Assembly: GCA_042408215.1 (NCBI GenBank)
Contig: JAYFMW010000030.1
Location: forward strand, 32,001-96,000
Source of the DNA: Microcoleus sp.
GTDB lineage: Bacteria; Cyanobacteriota; Cyanobacteriia; Cyanobacteriales; Microcoleaceae
DNA length: 64,000 bases
Reading direction: 5' to 3'
Under the pieces are notes generated by a model. The model was given only the letters and a program-made list of their open reading frames with translations, had not been told where the DNA came from and ran no database searches. The translations under genes were made by a program, and so were the position numbers. This document shows positions 23,719 to 34,181 of this stretch, one piece after another. Position 1 is the stretch's first letter. The number at the start of each line of letters is the position of its first letter.

Positions 23719-24426
23719 ATGGCACCAAAAATAACCATCCAAGAATTAGCTTTAGCCCTAACTGCCAAAAACCACTCTCCCACCCTCCTTAACTCGGATT
23801 TCCTCAAATACAGCGGCATCGTCCCTGCCGACTGGGAACTCGCCCGCCCTCCCGTTTTCAGTCCCCAAATCTCTCAAGCCGCCTTCACCAACGGCATCAA
23901 CATCGTCGCCCAATCGAACGCCATCACTTTCATCGAATCCCTGAGCACAAAATCACAAGAAGACGTAAAAATTCCCGACATTATTCGGAAGTACGTTGAA
24001 GCTTTGCCCCGCACCGACTATCAAACATTGAGCATCAATCCTAGAAGTTTTATCACCTTTGAAGCAGGCGATGAAAATGCAGCCCGCGAGTTTATCACGT
24101 CCACTTTACTCGCAAAAGGCACTTGGTCTGATGTGGGGAAAGCTCCTGTCAAAGCTGCTGTCAATTTAGTTTACTCTTTAGAACAAGGAGAACTTAACTT
24201 GAGCGTTGCCGAAGCATTGCTGCAACTGCAAGACGCCGAGCCAACTCCCGCAGTATTGTTTTCCGGCAGCTTTCAGTACGAAATTGCAGGGGAATTAGAA
24301 GGCGAGAAACTGCAACACTTGTACAAGCTTTTGGAAAATTGGCAGCCCGATTTAGAAGCTTACAGGGAAATCGTCAACGTGCGGTTTTTGGGGAAAGAAG
24401 TTGAAAAGTTGCCGTCTGCCGCGTAA
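23719..24426 (+). CDS. Conserved 235-aa hypothetical protein, RHS-block-terminal (copy 1)
   Basis: Clean ORF with near-identical copies at 35724 and 45026. Confidence 0.88.
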   Translation: MAPKITIQELALALTAKNHSPTLLNSDFLKYSGIVPADWELARPPVFSPQISQAAFTNGINIVAQSNAITFIESLSTKSQEDVKIPDIIRKYVEALPRTDYQTLSINPRSFITFEAGDENAAREFITSTLLAKGTWSDVGKAPVKAAVNLVYSLEQGELNLSVAEALLQLQDAEPTPAVLFSGSFQYEIAGELEGEKLQHLYKLLENWQPDLEAYREIVNVRFLGKEVEKLPSAA

Positions 24427-24491
24427 AGGATAAGAAGGTAGGGGCGATTGGGACGGGAGAAACGGGCAGCAATACGGGCGGCTCGACTGGT

Positions 24492-27400
24492 TTGTATCCC
24501 GTGAAGCTGGAAGCATCAGACGGGCGCGGTGGCAAGGATATCCAAGAATACAGCATTCGGGTGTGGCCCGACCCGACCAACAGCAACCCGGTTATCGTCA
24601 GCGACCCCATAGTCCGCTTCGGACTGGACGATAAAATTTACCGCTATCAGTTGAAAGCGGTTGACCCCGACGGCGACCGACTCAAATACCGCTTGGTTGA
24701 CGGTCCCCTGGGGGCATTGATTGACGGCGATAGCGGAGAATTGCTGTGGTTCCCAGAAAATGTTTTACCCGGAAGTAAGGCTGACTTTACTGTGGAGGTG
24801 GCAGACCCGCGCGGTGGTAAGGGCTTGCAAACTTTCCGCGTCGATGCTTACGGTGCTTTGGGTAAAATTCAGGGAGCCGTATTTGACGATTTAAACGGCA
24901 ACGGTTTCCGCGATTCTAAATTAGTTAAAGGTAACAATCCGGCGATCGTGATGGCGATCGATGTTTCTGGCAGCACGGCTGCTCCGTTTGATGGCCCGGC
25001 TGGAGTAGATAACGTTCTCAAGGCTCAAGTCGCCGCCACCCTAACTCTCATCGATACATTAATAGCTCAAGGTTTGGGAGATAGAGTCAATATCGGCTTG
25101 ATTCCCCATCAATACACCGCCCAAATTCAAGATATGGACCCCGCAACGCCGGGAGTTCAGTTCTACACGACGCCCAACGCAGATAAAAACAACAACGGCA
25201 TCCCCGATATTCGGGAAATTCTGGCAAGCAGCACTTACACTGTGCCCAACGGTCACAATGACTTTACCAAAGCCGTACAGGCGATCGACCTTCTTGTTCC
25301 TTTGATGCCGGGAGATAAGAATGTTATCTTCATGTCCGACGGCTACGGTGCTCTAGATGCCACTGTTGCAGCTCTCGTGGGGGCCGACCTCAAAACTAAA
25401 GGCATCGGCTTGACAGCCTTCGGAATCGGCAAATATTCGACCCTGGATACCATCAAAAAACTCGACCCCGATGCGGTGATTTTGAGCGATATCGACCAGT
25501 TAAGCAGCGTTTTCGGCGGTTTTGACCCCCGCTACACTCTAGAGCCTTTAATGGAAAACGTGCCGGTCTATCTGGATATTAACAACAACGGCATACTAGA
25601 CCCCAACGAACCGAAGCAGTTGACCAAAAAGGACGATTCTGAGTCGAATCTGGGCAAAACCAACTATCAGTTTACTTTTGACAACTTAGTGCCCGGTACT
25701 TACAAAGTGCGAACTGTAGCGCCCAGCGGCTACACGCAGACAGCACCTAGTACCTCGGTTTTCACGGATACCGTGACAACTGCGGGGCAAACTTTTACTC
25801 ACTTGTTCGGCGTGCATAAAGGTTCGCAAGAGCGGCCTAACTCCGACCCCACTTTTTTGACGGCTGCGCCAACAACGAAGTTGAAAGCTGGGGAATCCCT
25901 AGTTTACAGGGCTTTGGCTTCTGACCCGGATGCCGACGAGGTAACATACGGTTTGGTTCTGAACCCGACTGGAATGAGCGTAGACCCGAAGAACGGTACT
26001 GTAGTTTGGACTCCGACGGCTACTCAGGTTGAGGAATATTATAAAGAGCTACGGGCGACGCGCGATCGTTTGATTGCTTTCGGTCGAAGGGAGGCGGCAC
26101 CCTCTACGGTGAAGTTCAATGTCGTCCTGCGGGCATCTGACGGGAAAGGCGGTCAAGCTTTGCAGTACGTCGAGGTGGAACTGATACCGCCCAACAATCC
26201 TCCCGTCTTTACATCTGCTGCGCCATCCAAAGAGCAACCTCAAGCGGGTAAGCGCTTCGAGTATCGCGCGGTAGCGGAGGATGCTGACGGCGATAATATT
26301 GTTTATACGATTTTACCCGGTGCACCGATTGGTGCCGCAATTAACGCGACTACCGGACTGGTAACTTGGACGCCGACAGCGGGACAGTTGGGAACGAATT
26401 CATTCACCGTCAAAGCCACTGACAGTAAGGGCTCAGAAGCCAAGTTAGAAGTGCCGCTGCGGGTAATTGAAGCGATTCCCAACCGCCCTCCTGACATTAC
26501 ATCCAGCCCCCGCACAGTAGCCCGCACCGGCAACGGGTACTTCTACAAACTCGCTGCCACCGACCCCGACGGCAATCCCATCACCTTTACTTTAGTTTCT
26601 AAGCCAATTGGAATGACTGTTGATGCGGAGGGTTTAGTGTCTTGGATTCCAACAGCTTCGCAAACCGGCCCCATCGCAGTGTCGGTGTTGGCTAACGACG
26701 GCTTTGGGGGAAGCGACACTCAATCCTGGACTGTTAATGTCTCTAATTCGGCCGTTAACCGACCTCCAAGTATTACTTCGACACCGGATACGGTTACTAA
26801 TTTGGAACGAGTTTATCGCTACCAGTTAACAGCTACCGACCCCGAAGGAGACTATTTGCTGTGGAGTTTGGATAATGCTCCCAAGGGTATGGTAATCGAT
26901 GCTAAAACAGGCAGTCTTAGCTGGCAGCCAACTCCCGAACAAATTGGGGAACAGACTATTGCAGTGCGAGTGACTGATGCTAAGGGTTCTTATGTGGGTC
27001 AGGAATTCAGTTTAAAGGTAACAGGAATTAACACGCCACCTGCAATTGTTTCGGTTCCAGTCACAGTCGCCGGAATCAATCAAACCTACAAATATCAAGT
27101 AATCGGAACCGACCCGGAAAACGATGCCCTGCGTTATAGTTTGGGAACCAAACCAGAAGGCATGAAGATTGACCAAAAGACTGGTTTGATTGAATGGACT
27201 CCGGCTACTAATGCTGTAGGTTCTCTTGAAGTAGAGGTTTTAGCAACAGATACCCAGGGGGCGGTGGGGAATCAGAGATTTGCAGTATCTGTGGGCACTA
27301 CTGCTATCAATCAGCCTCCAACTGTAGTTTCCAGCCCCGTATTTGCAGCATCTTTAGGGAGTGCGTACACCTATACAGTACAAGCGACTGACCCGGATGG

Positions 27401-30400
27401 TAACGCTTTAACTTATCAATTATTGAAAGCACCAATGGGGATGGCAATTAATCCGACAACTGGATTGCTAACTTGGGCTAATCCGACTGCTGGAAATCAT
27501 CAAATAGTAGTCGGTGCTATAGATACTGGCGGTTTGGGGGCAGCCCAAGGTTTCACATTAACTGCGAGGGCAAATTCTGCGCCAGTTATTCCTACCGTAC
27601 CTGCTCAGCAATCTGTTGCGATGGGTGCTACTTATCGTTACGATTTAAAGGCAACTGATGTTGAGGGAGATTTGCTTTCTTATTCTCTGTTGCAATCTCC
27701 AAATGGCATGACTGTTGATGAATTTGGGCGGATTAGTTGGGTTCCTAAATCGAATGATGTCGGTACGACTAAACCGGTACAAATTGCGATTACCGATACG
27801 TTTGGCAAGACTGTTACTGTTTCCTACAATTTAAGCGTTGTTGCCGATACTGTCGCACCGAAAGTCAATCTAATTGCAAGCTCGAATGCGGCTAATGTTG
27901 GGGAGTCGGTTACGTTTACAGTCAATGCTGTCGATAACGTGAAAGTGGAATCTTTGGGTTTGACGATTAACGGCACTCCGGTTGTCATAGATGCACAAGG
28001 CAAGGCAACTGTCAAGTTAAATAACTTAACTCCCATCACGGCAATTGCCACAGCTAAAGATGCGGCTGGAAATGTGGGGAATGCGACTCAAGTTGTCAGG
28101 GCAATTGATACTAGCGATGTCAACGCGCCAATTATCAACATCAGTTTAGAAGATGATGTTGATGTTTCTGCACCTCTGGTAATTCGAGGTACGATAACTG
28201 ACAGCAATTTGGATTACTATACTTTGTCAGTAGCCCCGGTTGGTAGCAGTCAATTTAAGGAAGTTTATCGGGGAACGAATGCTGTCAATAATGAAGTAAT
28301 TGCGACATTTGACCCGACTGTTTTGGCTAACGGGGCTTACGTTCTCAAATTCACTGCTTTCGATACCAACGGTAACGGTTCGACTACTGAAAGAACGGTG
28401 AATGTTGCGGGCGATTTGAAGTTGGGGAATTTCCGGTTGTCGTTTACTGATTTGACGGTTCCGGTGGCGGGTATTCCGATTAACGTGACTCGGACTTACG
28501 ATTCTTTGAATGCGAATTCCAGCGATGATTTCGGTTACGGCTGGCGGATGGAATTCCGGGATACTGATTTGAAGACTTCGTTAAAAGCTGACCCGACTTA
28601 CGAGGAGTTGGGGATAAATACTGTACCGTTTGACAGCAAGACTAAGGTGTTTATTACGTTACCTGGTGGTAAGCGGGAAACCTTTACTTTTAAGCCGACT
28701 CCGCATCATCTGAATCAGTATTTAGGAGGGGCTGGGCCGGGGGCTCAGATGTTCAAACCTGCTTTTGAGTCTCAGAAAGGTTCGACGGTGACTCTGACGG
28801 TTAAGGATGCGAATTTGATACGGAATGAGAACGGGTATTATGGGGTGAACGGGCAGCCTTTCAATCCCGAAAATCCGGCGTTTGGTAGTGTTTATGTGTT
28901 GACGACTCTTGAGGGATTGGTTTACGAGATTGATGCGAAGTCTGGGGATTTGCTGACTGCGACAGATGCGAATGGGAATAAGCTATCTTTTAGCGATGCG
29001 GGGATTAAGAGTAGTACGGGTAAGTCGGTGACTTTTGAGAGGGATTTTGCTGGGAGGATTGTCGGTGTTGTTGACCCGGATGGGAAGAAGGTTAAGTACG
29101 AATACGATGCGAAAGGGGATTTGGTTGCTGTTAAGGATAGGGAGAATAATACTACGACTTTTAAGTATGAAGATGAAGACAGACCGCACTTTTTAACTGA
29201 GGTTATCGATTCGTTGGGACGCAGTGGAGTTAAGACTGAATACGACGATTCCGGCCGCCTCAAGCAGATGGTGGATGCGAATGGTTCGGCGGTGGAGTTG
29301 GTTTACGACCCGAATAATTCGATTCAGAAGGTTAAGGATGTTTTCGGTAAGGAAACTACTTACGTTTACGACAGTCGCGGGAATATTTTAACTGAAATCG
29401 ACCCGTTAGGGAAGCGGATTGACAGGACTTACGATGCGGATAACAACGTTCTGACTGAAACCGATGGCGATGGAGTTACAACTAAATTTACCTACGACAA
29501 TCGCAGAAACCTCCTGACAATTGAAGATGAAGGCGACAACATCACTCGCATGACCTACGACAACCAAGGTCGCGCCACTTCAATCGTCTCGCCGACAGGT
29601 CTGAAAACCTCAGCTAAATACGACAGCCGCGGTAACTTAATTGAAAGCGTTGACACCGACAATCTAAAAACAACTTACACCTACAACGCGCGCGGTCAAC
29701 TGCTAACTCAAACCGCACCCGACGGTCAAGTTAATAAGTTTGAATACGACGATGCAGGTAACATCAAACGCACGATTGACAGTCGCGGGAATCAGGTTGA
29801 TTTTGATTACAATTCCAACAGCAGAATTGAAGTTGCTACAACTACATTTACCCTCAACGGTCAAACCCATACTTTGAAGATGGAATACGACTACGATAGC
29901 GAGGGTCGAATCGTTGCTAGCAGAACCAGTCAGGGTAACAACCAATCGGTAATTTACGATGCCTTGGGACGGGTAAAATCGGCAACTGACGTATTCGGCA
30001 ACGTCACGACTTACCGCTACGATTTGCCGCTATCCCCTGGAGAAAACACCACTTTAATTGCAGGCGCAGGGCGGGCAGTTACTCGCATCGACGAAGTTAC
30101 TTTGCCCGACAACACGCCAACCAACAGCACCGACAATCCGAAAGTAATTAACAAGTACGATGCCGCCAACAATCTCATCGCCCAAATCTCTCCCACCGGA
30201 CTAGAAACCCGCTACGTTTACGATGCTTTGAACCGACGGACAGAGACAATCATACCCGATAAAACTCCCCTCGATTGGACTGACAATCTCAGGACGAAAA
30301 CCGAATACTCCGACGGCAATCGAATTAAGTCGCAAACCGATATCTGGGGCAACAAAACCCAATATTTTTACAACGATATCGGTCAAATCGTGCGAGTTTT

Positions 30401-33400
30401 AGATGTTTTCAACAAGCCGACAACCTACACCTATAACGCAGGCGGTCAAGTCGAAACAATTATCGATTACCGCAACCGTAAAACTCAATACGTTTACGAT
30501 GACAAAGCGCGAGTTAAGGAAGTTATTTCCTTTGATAATTCCCGATTTAAATTAACCTACGATGAATTGGGTCGGCTCAAAACTGAAACCAACGAACTGA
30601 ATCAAACCACCACCTACGAATACGATGCCAAAAGTCAAGTCAAAGCGGTTATTAACGCCCTAAACGAACGCACTGAATTTGAATACGACAAGCGTCGCAA
30701 TTTAGTTCGAGTTACCGATGCACTCTTACAATCGACTAGCTTCAAATACGACGAATACGGGCAGCAAGTAGAAACGATTTTCCAAAACGGCGACAAAGTT
30801 GCGATGGGTTACGACCGATTCGGCCGCCTCACCAGTGCCAGAGATGAAAATCTCAACCAGACCAAATACACCTACGACAATCTCAGCCAACTCACTAAAA
30901 TAGAACAGCCCAAGCAGTTAGTTAACGGTCAGTTGGAAGATACTTTCACTGAGTATACTTACGACAATCTATCTCGCTTGAAACAGGTCGAGGATGCTAA
31001 CAAAAACGTCACCGCTTTTGAGTACGATGAATTCTCCCGCCCGAAAGCAACTGTTTTGCCACTGGGTCAAAGAAACCTCACCGCTTACAACAAGTTCGGG
31101 CAAGTTAAATCTGCTACTGATTTCAACGGTGATACGATTAATTACAGTTACGATCCGTTTGGGCGTTTGGATGGCAAAACTTTTACCGATCCGAACATTC
31201 CTGCTGTTTCTTATGCCTACGACCCGGTAACAACTAATCTGGCAACTGTTACGGACGGGCGCGGGGTGACTGGCTACGGTTACGACAATTACGACAGGTT
31301 GCAAACCATTACGACGCCAGACCAAAAAGTCGTTCAATACGGCTACGATTTGTTGGACAACATTACTTCTTTGGTAACGCCAACGGGAACGACAACTTAC
31401 GGTTACGATTCGTTGAATCGCTTGGATACTGTTTCTAAAGGCACTCGGGTTCTGGCGGATTACGATTACAACAAAGTTGGCAATCTCTCTGAAATTAAGT
31501 TGGCTGACAGTTCTGTAGAGTCACGCAAATACGATTCTCGCAACCGCTTGGAACAAATCACTACCAAAAATTCTACGGGGACGGTGTTCAGCGATTTCAA
31601 ATACACTCTGGATGGGGTTGGGAACCGCAAGAAAGTTGAAGAGTACGGCGGCCGCACTGTCGATTACATTTACGACCCCCTCAACCGATTGACTCAAGAA
31701 AAGATGGCGGGCGGTGTTACTGGAAATCGCACGGTTGATTACACTTACGATTTGGCGGGAAATCGCTTGACTCGCAACGATTCGGCGGCGGGATTGGCGT
31801 CTTATTCCTACGATAAAAACAACCGCTTGCAACAGTTAACTCAAAAAAGTCAAACAACTTTGTTTGGTTACGACAGTAACGGTTCGCTGAAACAGCAATC
31901 TGACGGTACTCAAACTGTTAACTACGATTGGATTAATGATGGGGAAAATCGTTTGAAGCGAGTGACTGATTCGGGAGCAGGAGGGACTTCTCAAACTGAT
32001 TTTGTTTACGATGCTTTTGGCAATCGGGTTGCTAGTATTGCTGGCGGTGTCAGGACTAATTATTTGACTGCTTCGACTGGCGGTTTGCCGAATGTTTTGA
32101 TGGAGTACGGGGCGAACGGTCAAGTTACTGCGGATTACACTTACGGACTTGGTTTGGTTTCTGCGACTCGTAACGGTCGGGAGGGATTCTACCATACTGA
32201 TGCTATCGGTTCGACGCGATCTATTACTGATGGTGTTGGTTTGGTTACTGACCGCTATACTTACGATGCTTTTGGCGGGTTGTTGAATCAAACTGGAACT
32301 TTTGGCAATTCTTTCCAGTTTGCGGGGGAACAGCGGGATGGTTCTACTGGTTTGGATTATATGCGGGCGAGGTATTACGACTCTGATTTGGGGCGGTTTA
32401 TCTCGAAGGACGCTTTCAGTGGCTTTTTAAGCGACCCTTACAGCCAACACGATTACCAGTACGCCCACGCAAATCCGGTGCGGTTTACTGACCCGACTGG
32501 TTACTTCACAATGGGTGATGTGATGGGGACGCTGAGTGCAGTGGGGGCGCTAGCTGCGATTGGCGGGGTTGGTTTTGGTGGTGCTTATATCGCTGGGGCT
32601 GCTGCTGGTGGGGCTAGCGGTGAGGAAATTCTGGGGATGTTCGGGGATTGGGGTGCGGGGTTTGCTGGCGGGGTGTCGGGCGGTTTTCTGACTGATGTTT
32701 ACGAGGGTTACAGCGGTAACAAGTTTGAACCGACTAACGGGATGCTGTGGGGTGCGGGGAACGTGACTGGAATTGGGGTGTCGTTCCTGTTGGGGATGAA
32801 GTTGCCGATGGTGGCGGCTACTAAGGTGGGTCCGCTGAAGTGGGCTGCTGCTGCGGGGATGGCGGCTCAAACTGGGCTTGATGTTTACGGTGCGGCGCAG
32901 GCGACTGGGAATCTTTACAACAGCTACCAGGATAACGGTGCGTGGGAGGTGCAGGATGCTTGGAATTTGCTGGCTTACGTGCCGTTTGTGGGGATGACGC
33001 TTGGGGTGACTAAGGGGCTTAGCGCTGCGAGGAAGGTCAAGGGCGGCACGCCTGGGGCTGATGATTTGTTGAAGAATGGTCCTGGAACGACTGAAACTTC
33101 GGTGATTGGCGCGTGCTTCGTTGCTGGTACGGAGATTTTGACGACAGATGGGATTAAGAGTATTGAGGATATTCAAGTTGGGGATTGGGTGATTGCTGAT
33201 GACCCTACTACTCCGGGGGGGATTGAGGCGAAAGAGGTTTTGGAGACGTTTGTCAGGGAAACTGATGCGCTGGTTGATTTGTATGTGGATGGGGAGGTAA
33301 TTTCTACTACTGGGGAGCATCCTTTCTGGGTAGCGGATAAGGGATGGGTTGAGGCGAAGGATTTAGTTGTTGGGAGTTTGTTGCAGACTGGGGATGGTAG

Positions 33401-33881
33401 GATTGTTGATGTCGATAAAGTTGAGAAGCGGGAAGGTAAGTTTCCGGTTTATAATTTTAAGGTTGAGGGGATTCCGACTTACTTTGTTTCGGAGTTGGGG
33501 ATTCTGGTTCATAATGCAAATTGCATTTCTTTCGATGACCTGATTCCAGAACTGTCGAATCGTCCGCTTTCTTATGAACTAAAACATCTAAAGAAACATT
33601 TGCCTGGTACGCCTCAATCTGACAAATTAATACGTAAAGACGGATCTGCTCATTTATTCAACGATTTGGAAACTTTGAGTAGAGTCGAAGCTGAAATTCT
33701 GAAACGCGGTCAATATACGGGGACTGTACGTGACGCAGAGCGCTATGGCTTAAGATTTGATGAGCCAATTGGATATAGAATTGGAAAAGATGGAAATACT
33801 ACTCCATTAAACTATGGAGAATTAAAAGTCGATCCTGATGGTCAATATCATGTGATTCCAAGAACAGGTCCCTCAAAATGA
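24492..33881 (+). CDS. RHS4: 3129-aa Ig/SdrD-B/vWA/DUF6531-like/RHS protein with pretoxin Hint and an Ntox50-like tip; probably 5'-truncated
   Basis: Uninterrupted ORF with a TTG start in mid Ig repeat. vWA MIDAS motif DVSGS (24960) and FMSDG. Hint from CFVAG (33114) to VHN (33515). Tip HLKKHLPG...IGY...YHVIP. Confidence 0.9.
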   Translation: MYPVKLEASDGRGGKDIQEYSIRVWPDPTNSNPVIVSDPIVRFGLDDKIYRYQLKAVDPDGDRLKYRLVDGPLGALIDGDSGELLWFPENVLPGSKADFTVEVADPRGGKGLQTFRVDAYGALGKIQGAVFDDLNGNGFRDSKLVKGNNPAIVMAIDVSGSTAAPFDGPAGVDNVLKAQVAATLTLIDTLIAQGLGDRVNIGLIPHQYTAQIQDMDPATPGVQFYTTPNADKNNNGIPDIREILASSTYTVPNGHNDFTKAVQAIDLLVPLMPGDKNVIFMSDGYGALDATVAALVGADLKTKGIGLTAFGIGKYSTLDTIKKLDPDAVILSDIDQLSSVFGGFDPRYTLEPLMENVPVYLDINNNGILDPNEPKQLTKKDDSESNLGKTNYQFTFDNLVPGTYKVRTVAPSGYTQTAPSTSVFTDTVTTAGQTFTHLFGVHKGSQERPNSDPTFLTAAPTTKLKAGESLVYRALASDPDADEVTYGLVLNPTGMSVDPKNGTVVWTPTATQVEEYYKELRATRDRLIAFGRREAAPSTVKFNVVLRASDGKGGQALQYVEVELIPPNNPPVFTSAAPSKEQPQAGKRFEYRAVAEDADGDNIVYTILPGAPIGAAINATTGLVTWTPTAGQLGTNSFTVKATDSKGSEAKLEVPLRVIEAIPNRPPDITSSPRTVARTGNGYFYKLAATDPDGNPITFTLVSKPIGMTVDAEGLVSWIPTASQTGPIAVSVLANDGFGGSDTQSWTVNVSNSAVNRPPSITSTPDTVTNLERVYRYQLTATDPEGDYLLWSLDNAPKGMVIDAKTGSLSWQPTPEQIGEQTIAVRVTDAKGSYVGQEFSLKVTGINTPPAIVSVPVTVAGINQTYKYQVIGTDPENDALRYSLGTKPEGMKIDQKTGLIEWTPATNAVGSLEVEVLATDTQGAVGNQRFAVSVGTTAINQPPTVVSSPVFAASLGSAYTYTVQATDPDGNALTYQLLKAPMGMAINPTTGLLTWANPTAGNHQIVVGAIDTGGLGAAQGFTLTARANSAPVIPTVPAQQSVAMGATYRYDLKATDVEGDLLSYSLLQSPNGMTVDEFGRISWVPKSNDVGTTKPVQIAITDTFGKTVTVSYNLSVVADTVAPKVNLIASSNAANVGESVTFTVNAVDNVKVESLGLTINGTPVVIDAQGKATVKLNNLTPITAIATAKDAAGNVGNATQVVRAIDTSDVNAPIINISLEDDVDVSAPLVIRGTITDSNLDYYTLSVAPVGSSQFKEVYRGTNAVNNEVIATFDPTVLANGAYVLKFTAFDTNGNGSTTERTVNVAGDLKLGNFRLSFTDLTVPVAGIPINVTRTYDSLNANSSDDFGYGWRMEFRDTDLKTSLKADPTYEELGINTVPFDSKTKVFITLPGGKRETFTFKPTPHHLNQYLGGAGPGAQMFKPAFESQKGSTVTLTVKDANLIRNENGYYGVNGQPFNPENPAFGSVYVLTTLEGLVYEIDAKSGDLLTATDANGNKLSFSDAGIKSSTGKSVTFERDFAGRIVGVVDPDGKKVKYEYDAKGDLVAVKDRENNTTTFKYEDEDRPHFLTEVIDSLGRSGVKTEYDDSGRLKQMVDANGSAVELVYDPNNSIQKVKDVFGKETTYVYDSRGNILTEIDPLGKRIDRTYDADNNVLTETDGDGVTTKFTYDNRRNLLTIEDEGDNITRMTYDNQGRATSIVSPTGLKTSAKYDSRGNLIESVDTDNLKTTYTYNARGQLLTQTAPDGQVNKFEYDDAGNIKRTIDSRGNQVDFDYNSNSRIEVATTTFTLNGQTHTLKMEYDYDSEGRIVASRTSQGNNQSVIYDALGRVKSATDVFGNVTTYRYDLPLSPGENTTLIAGAGRAVTRIDEVTLPDNTPTNSTDNPKVINKYDAANNLIAQISPTGLETRYVYDALNRRTETIIPDKTPLDWTDNLRTKTEYSDGNRIKSQTDIWGNKTQYFYNDIGQIVRVLDVFNKPTTYTYNAGGQVETIIDYRNRKTQYVYDDKARVKEVISFDNSRFKLTYDELGRLKTETNELNQTTTYEYDAKSQVKAVINALNERTEFEYDKRRNLVRVTDALLQSTSFKYDEYGQQVETIFQNGDKVAMGYDRFGRLTSARDENLNQTKYTYDNLSQLTKIEQPKQLVNGQLEDTFTEYTYDNLSRLKQVEDANKNVTAFEYDEFSRPKATVLPLGQRNLTAYNKFGQVKSATDFNGDTINYSYDPFGRLDGKTFTDPNIPAVSYAYDPVTTNLATVTDGRGVTGYGYDNYDRLQTITTPDQKVVQYGYDLLDNITSLVTPTGTTTYGYDSLNRLDTVSKGTRVLADYDYNKVGNLSEIKLADSSVESRKYDSRNRLEQITTKNSTGTVFSDFKYTLDGVGNRKKVEEYGGRTVDYIYDPLNRLTQEKMAGGVTGNRTVDYTYDLAGNRLTRNDSAAGLASYSYDKNNRLQQLTQKSQTTLFGYDSNGSLKQQSDGTQTVNYDWINDGENRLKRVTDSGAGGTSQTDFVYDAFGNRVASIAGGVRTNYLTASTGGLPNVLMEYGANGQVTADYTYGLGLVSATRNGREGFYHTDAIGSTRSITDGVGLVTDRYTYDAFGGLLNQTGTFGNSFQFAGEQRDGSTGLDYMRARYYDSDLGRFISKDAFSGFLSDPYSQHDYQYAHANPVRFTDPTGYFTMGDVMGTLSAVGALAAIGGVGFGGAYIAGAAAGGASGEEILGMFGDWGAGFAGGVSGGFLTDVYEGYSGNKFEPTNGMLWGAGNVTGIGVSFLLGMKLPMVAATKVGPLKWAAAAGMAAQTGLDVYGAAQATGNLYNSYQDNGAWEVQDAWNLLAYVPFVGMTLGVTKGLSAARKVKGGTPGADDLLKNGPGTTETSVIGACFVAGTEILTTDGIKSIEDIQVGDWVIADDPTTPGGIEAKEVLETFVRETDALVDLYVDGEVISTTGEHPFWVADKGWVEAKDLVVGSLLQTGDGRIVDVDKVEKREGKFPVYNFKVEGIPTYFVSELGILVHNANCISFDDLIPELSNRPLSYELKHLKKHLPGTPQSDKLIRKDGSAHLFNDLETLSRVEAEILKRGQYTGTVRDAERYGLRFDEPIGYRIGKDGNTTPLNYGELKVDPDGQYHVIPRTGPSK

Positions 33882-34096
33882 TTCAAGAATGGTATGAAGT
33901 ATGGGTTGATGAATCAACCAAAGTTCCTTATGTTTTGTTTCTTTGCCCCGATCAAAACAATTCAGGAGGAATATTAATTATTGACCCAAAACAAAACAAT
34001 CAAATAATCCAGAAGCTACCTGACTATAATACAGCAGTTTTGTGGTTAACTGAGGATGAGTATACTCGTGTTGAGGGCAGAATGGAGATTGAATAA
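33878..34096 (+). CDS. 72-aa putative immunity protein
   Basis: ATGA overlap with the RHS4 stop suggests translational coupling; small and acidic. Confidence 0.8.
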   Translation: MIQEWYEVWVDESTKVPYVLFLCPDQNNSGGILIIDPKQNNQIIQKLPDYNTAVLWLTEDEYTRVEGRMEIE

Positions 34097-34181
34097 AATT
34101 AACGCCTAATGATAGTAAAATCTCCGTCTGATGTTGCTCAACAAAGTCTACGATTTGACTTTAACCCTAATAATATAGTAG

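Noticed and set aside
34097..34181. Remnant of another toxin gene (QSLRFDFNPNN)
   Set aside because: Too short, and I found no matching sequence in the window.
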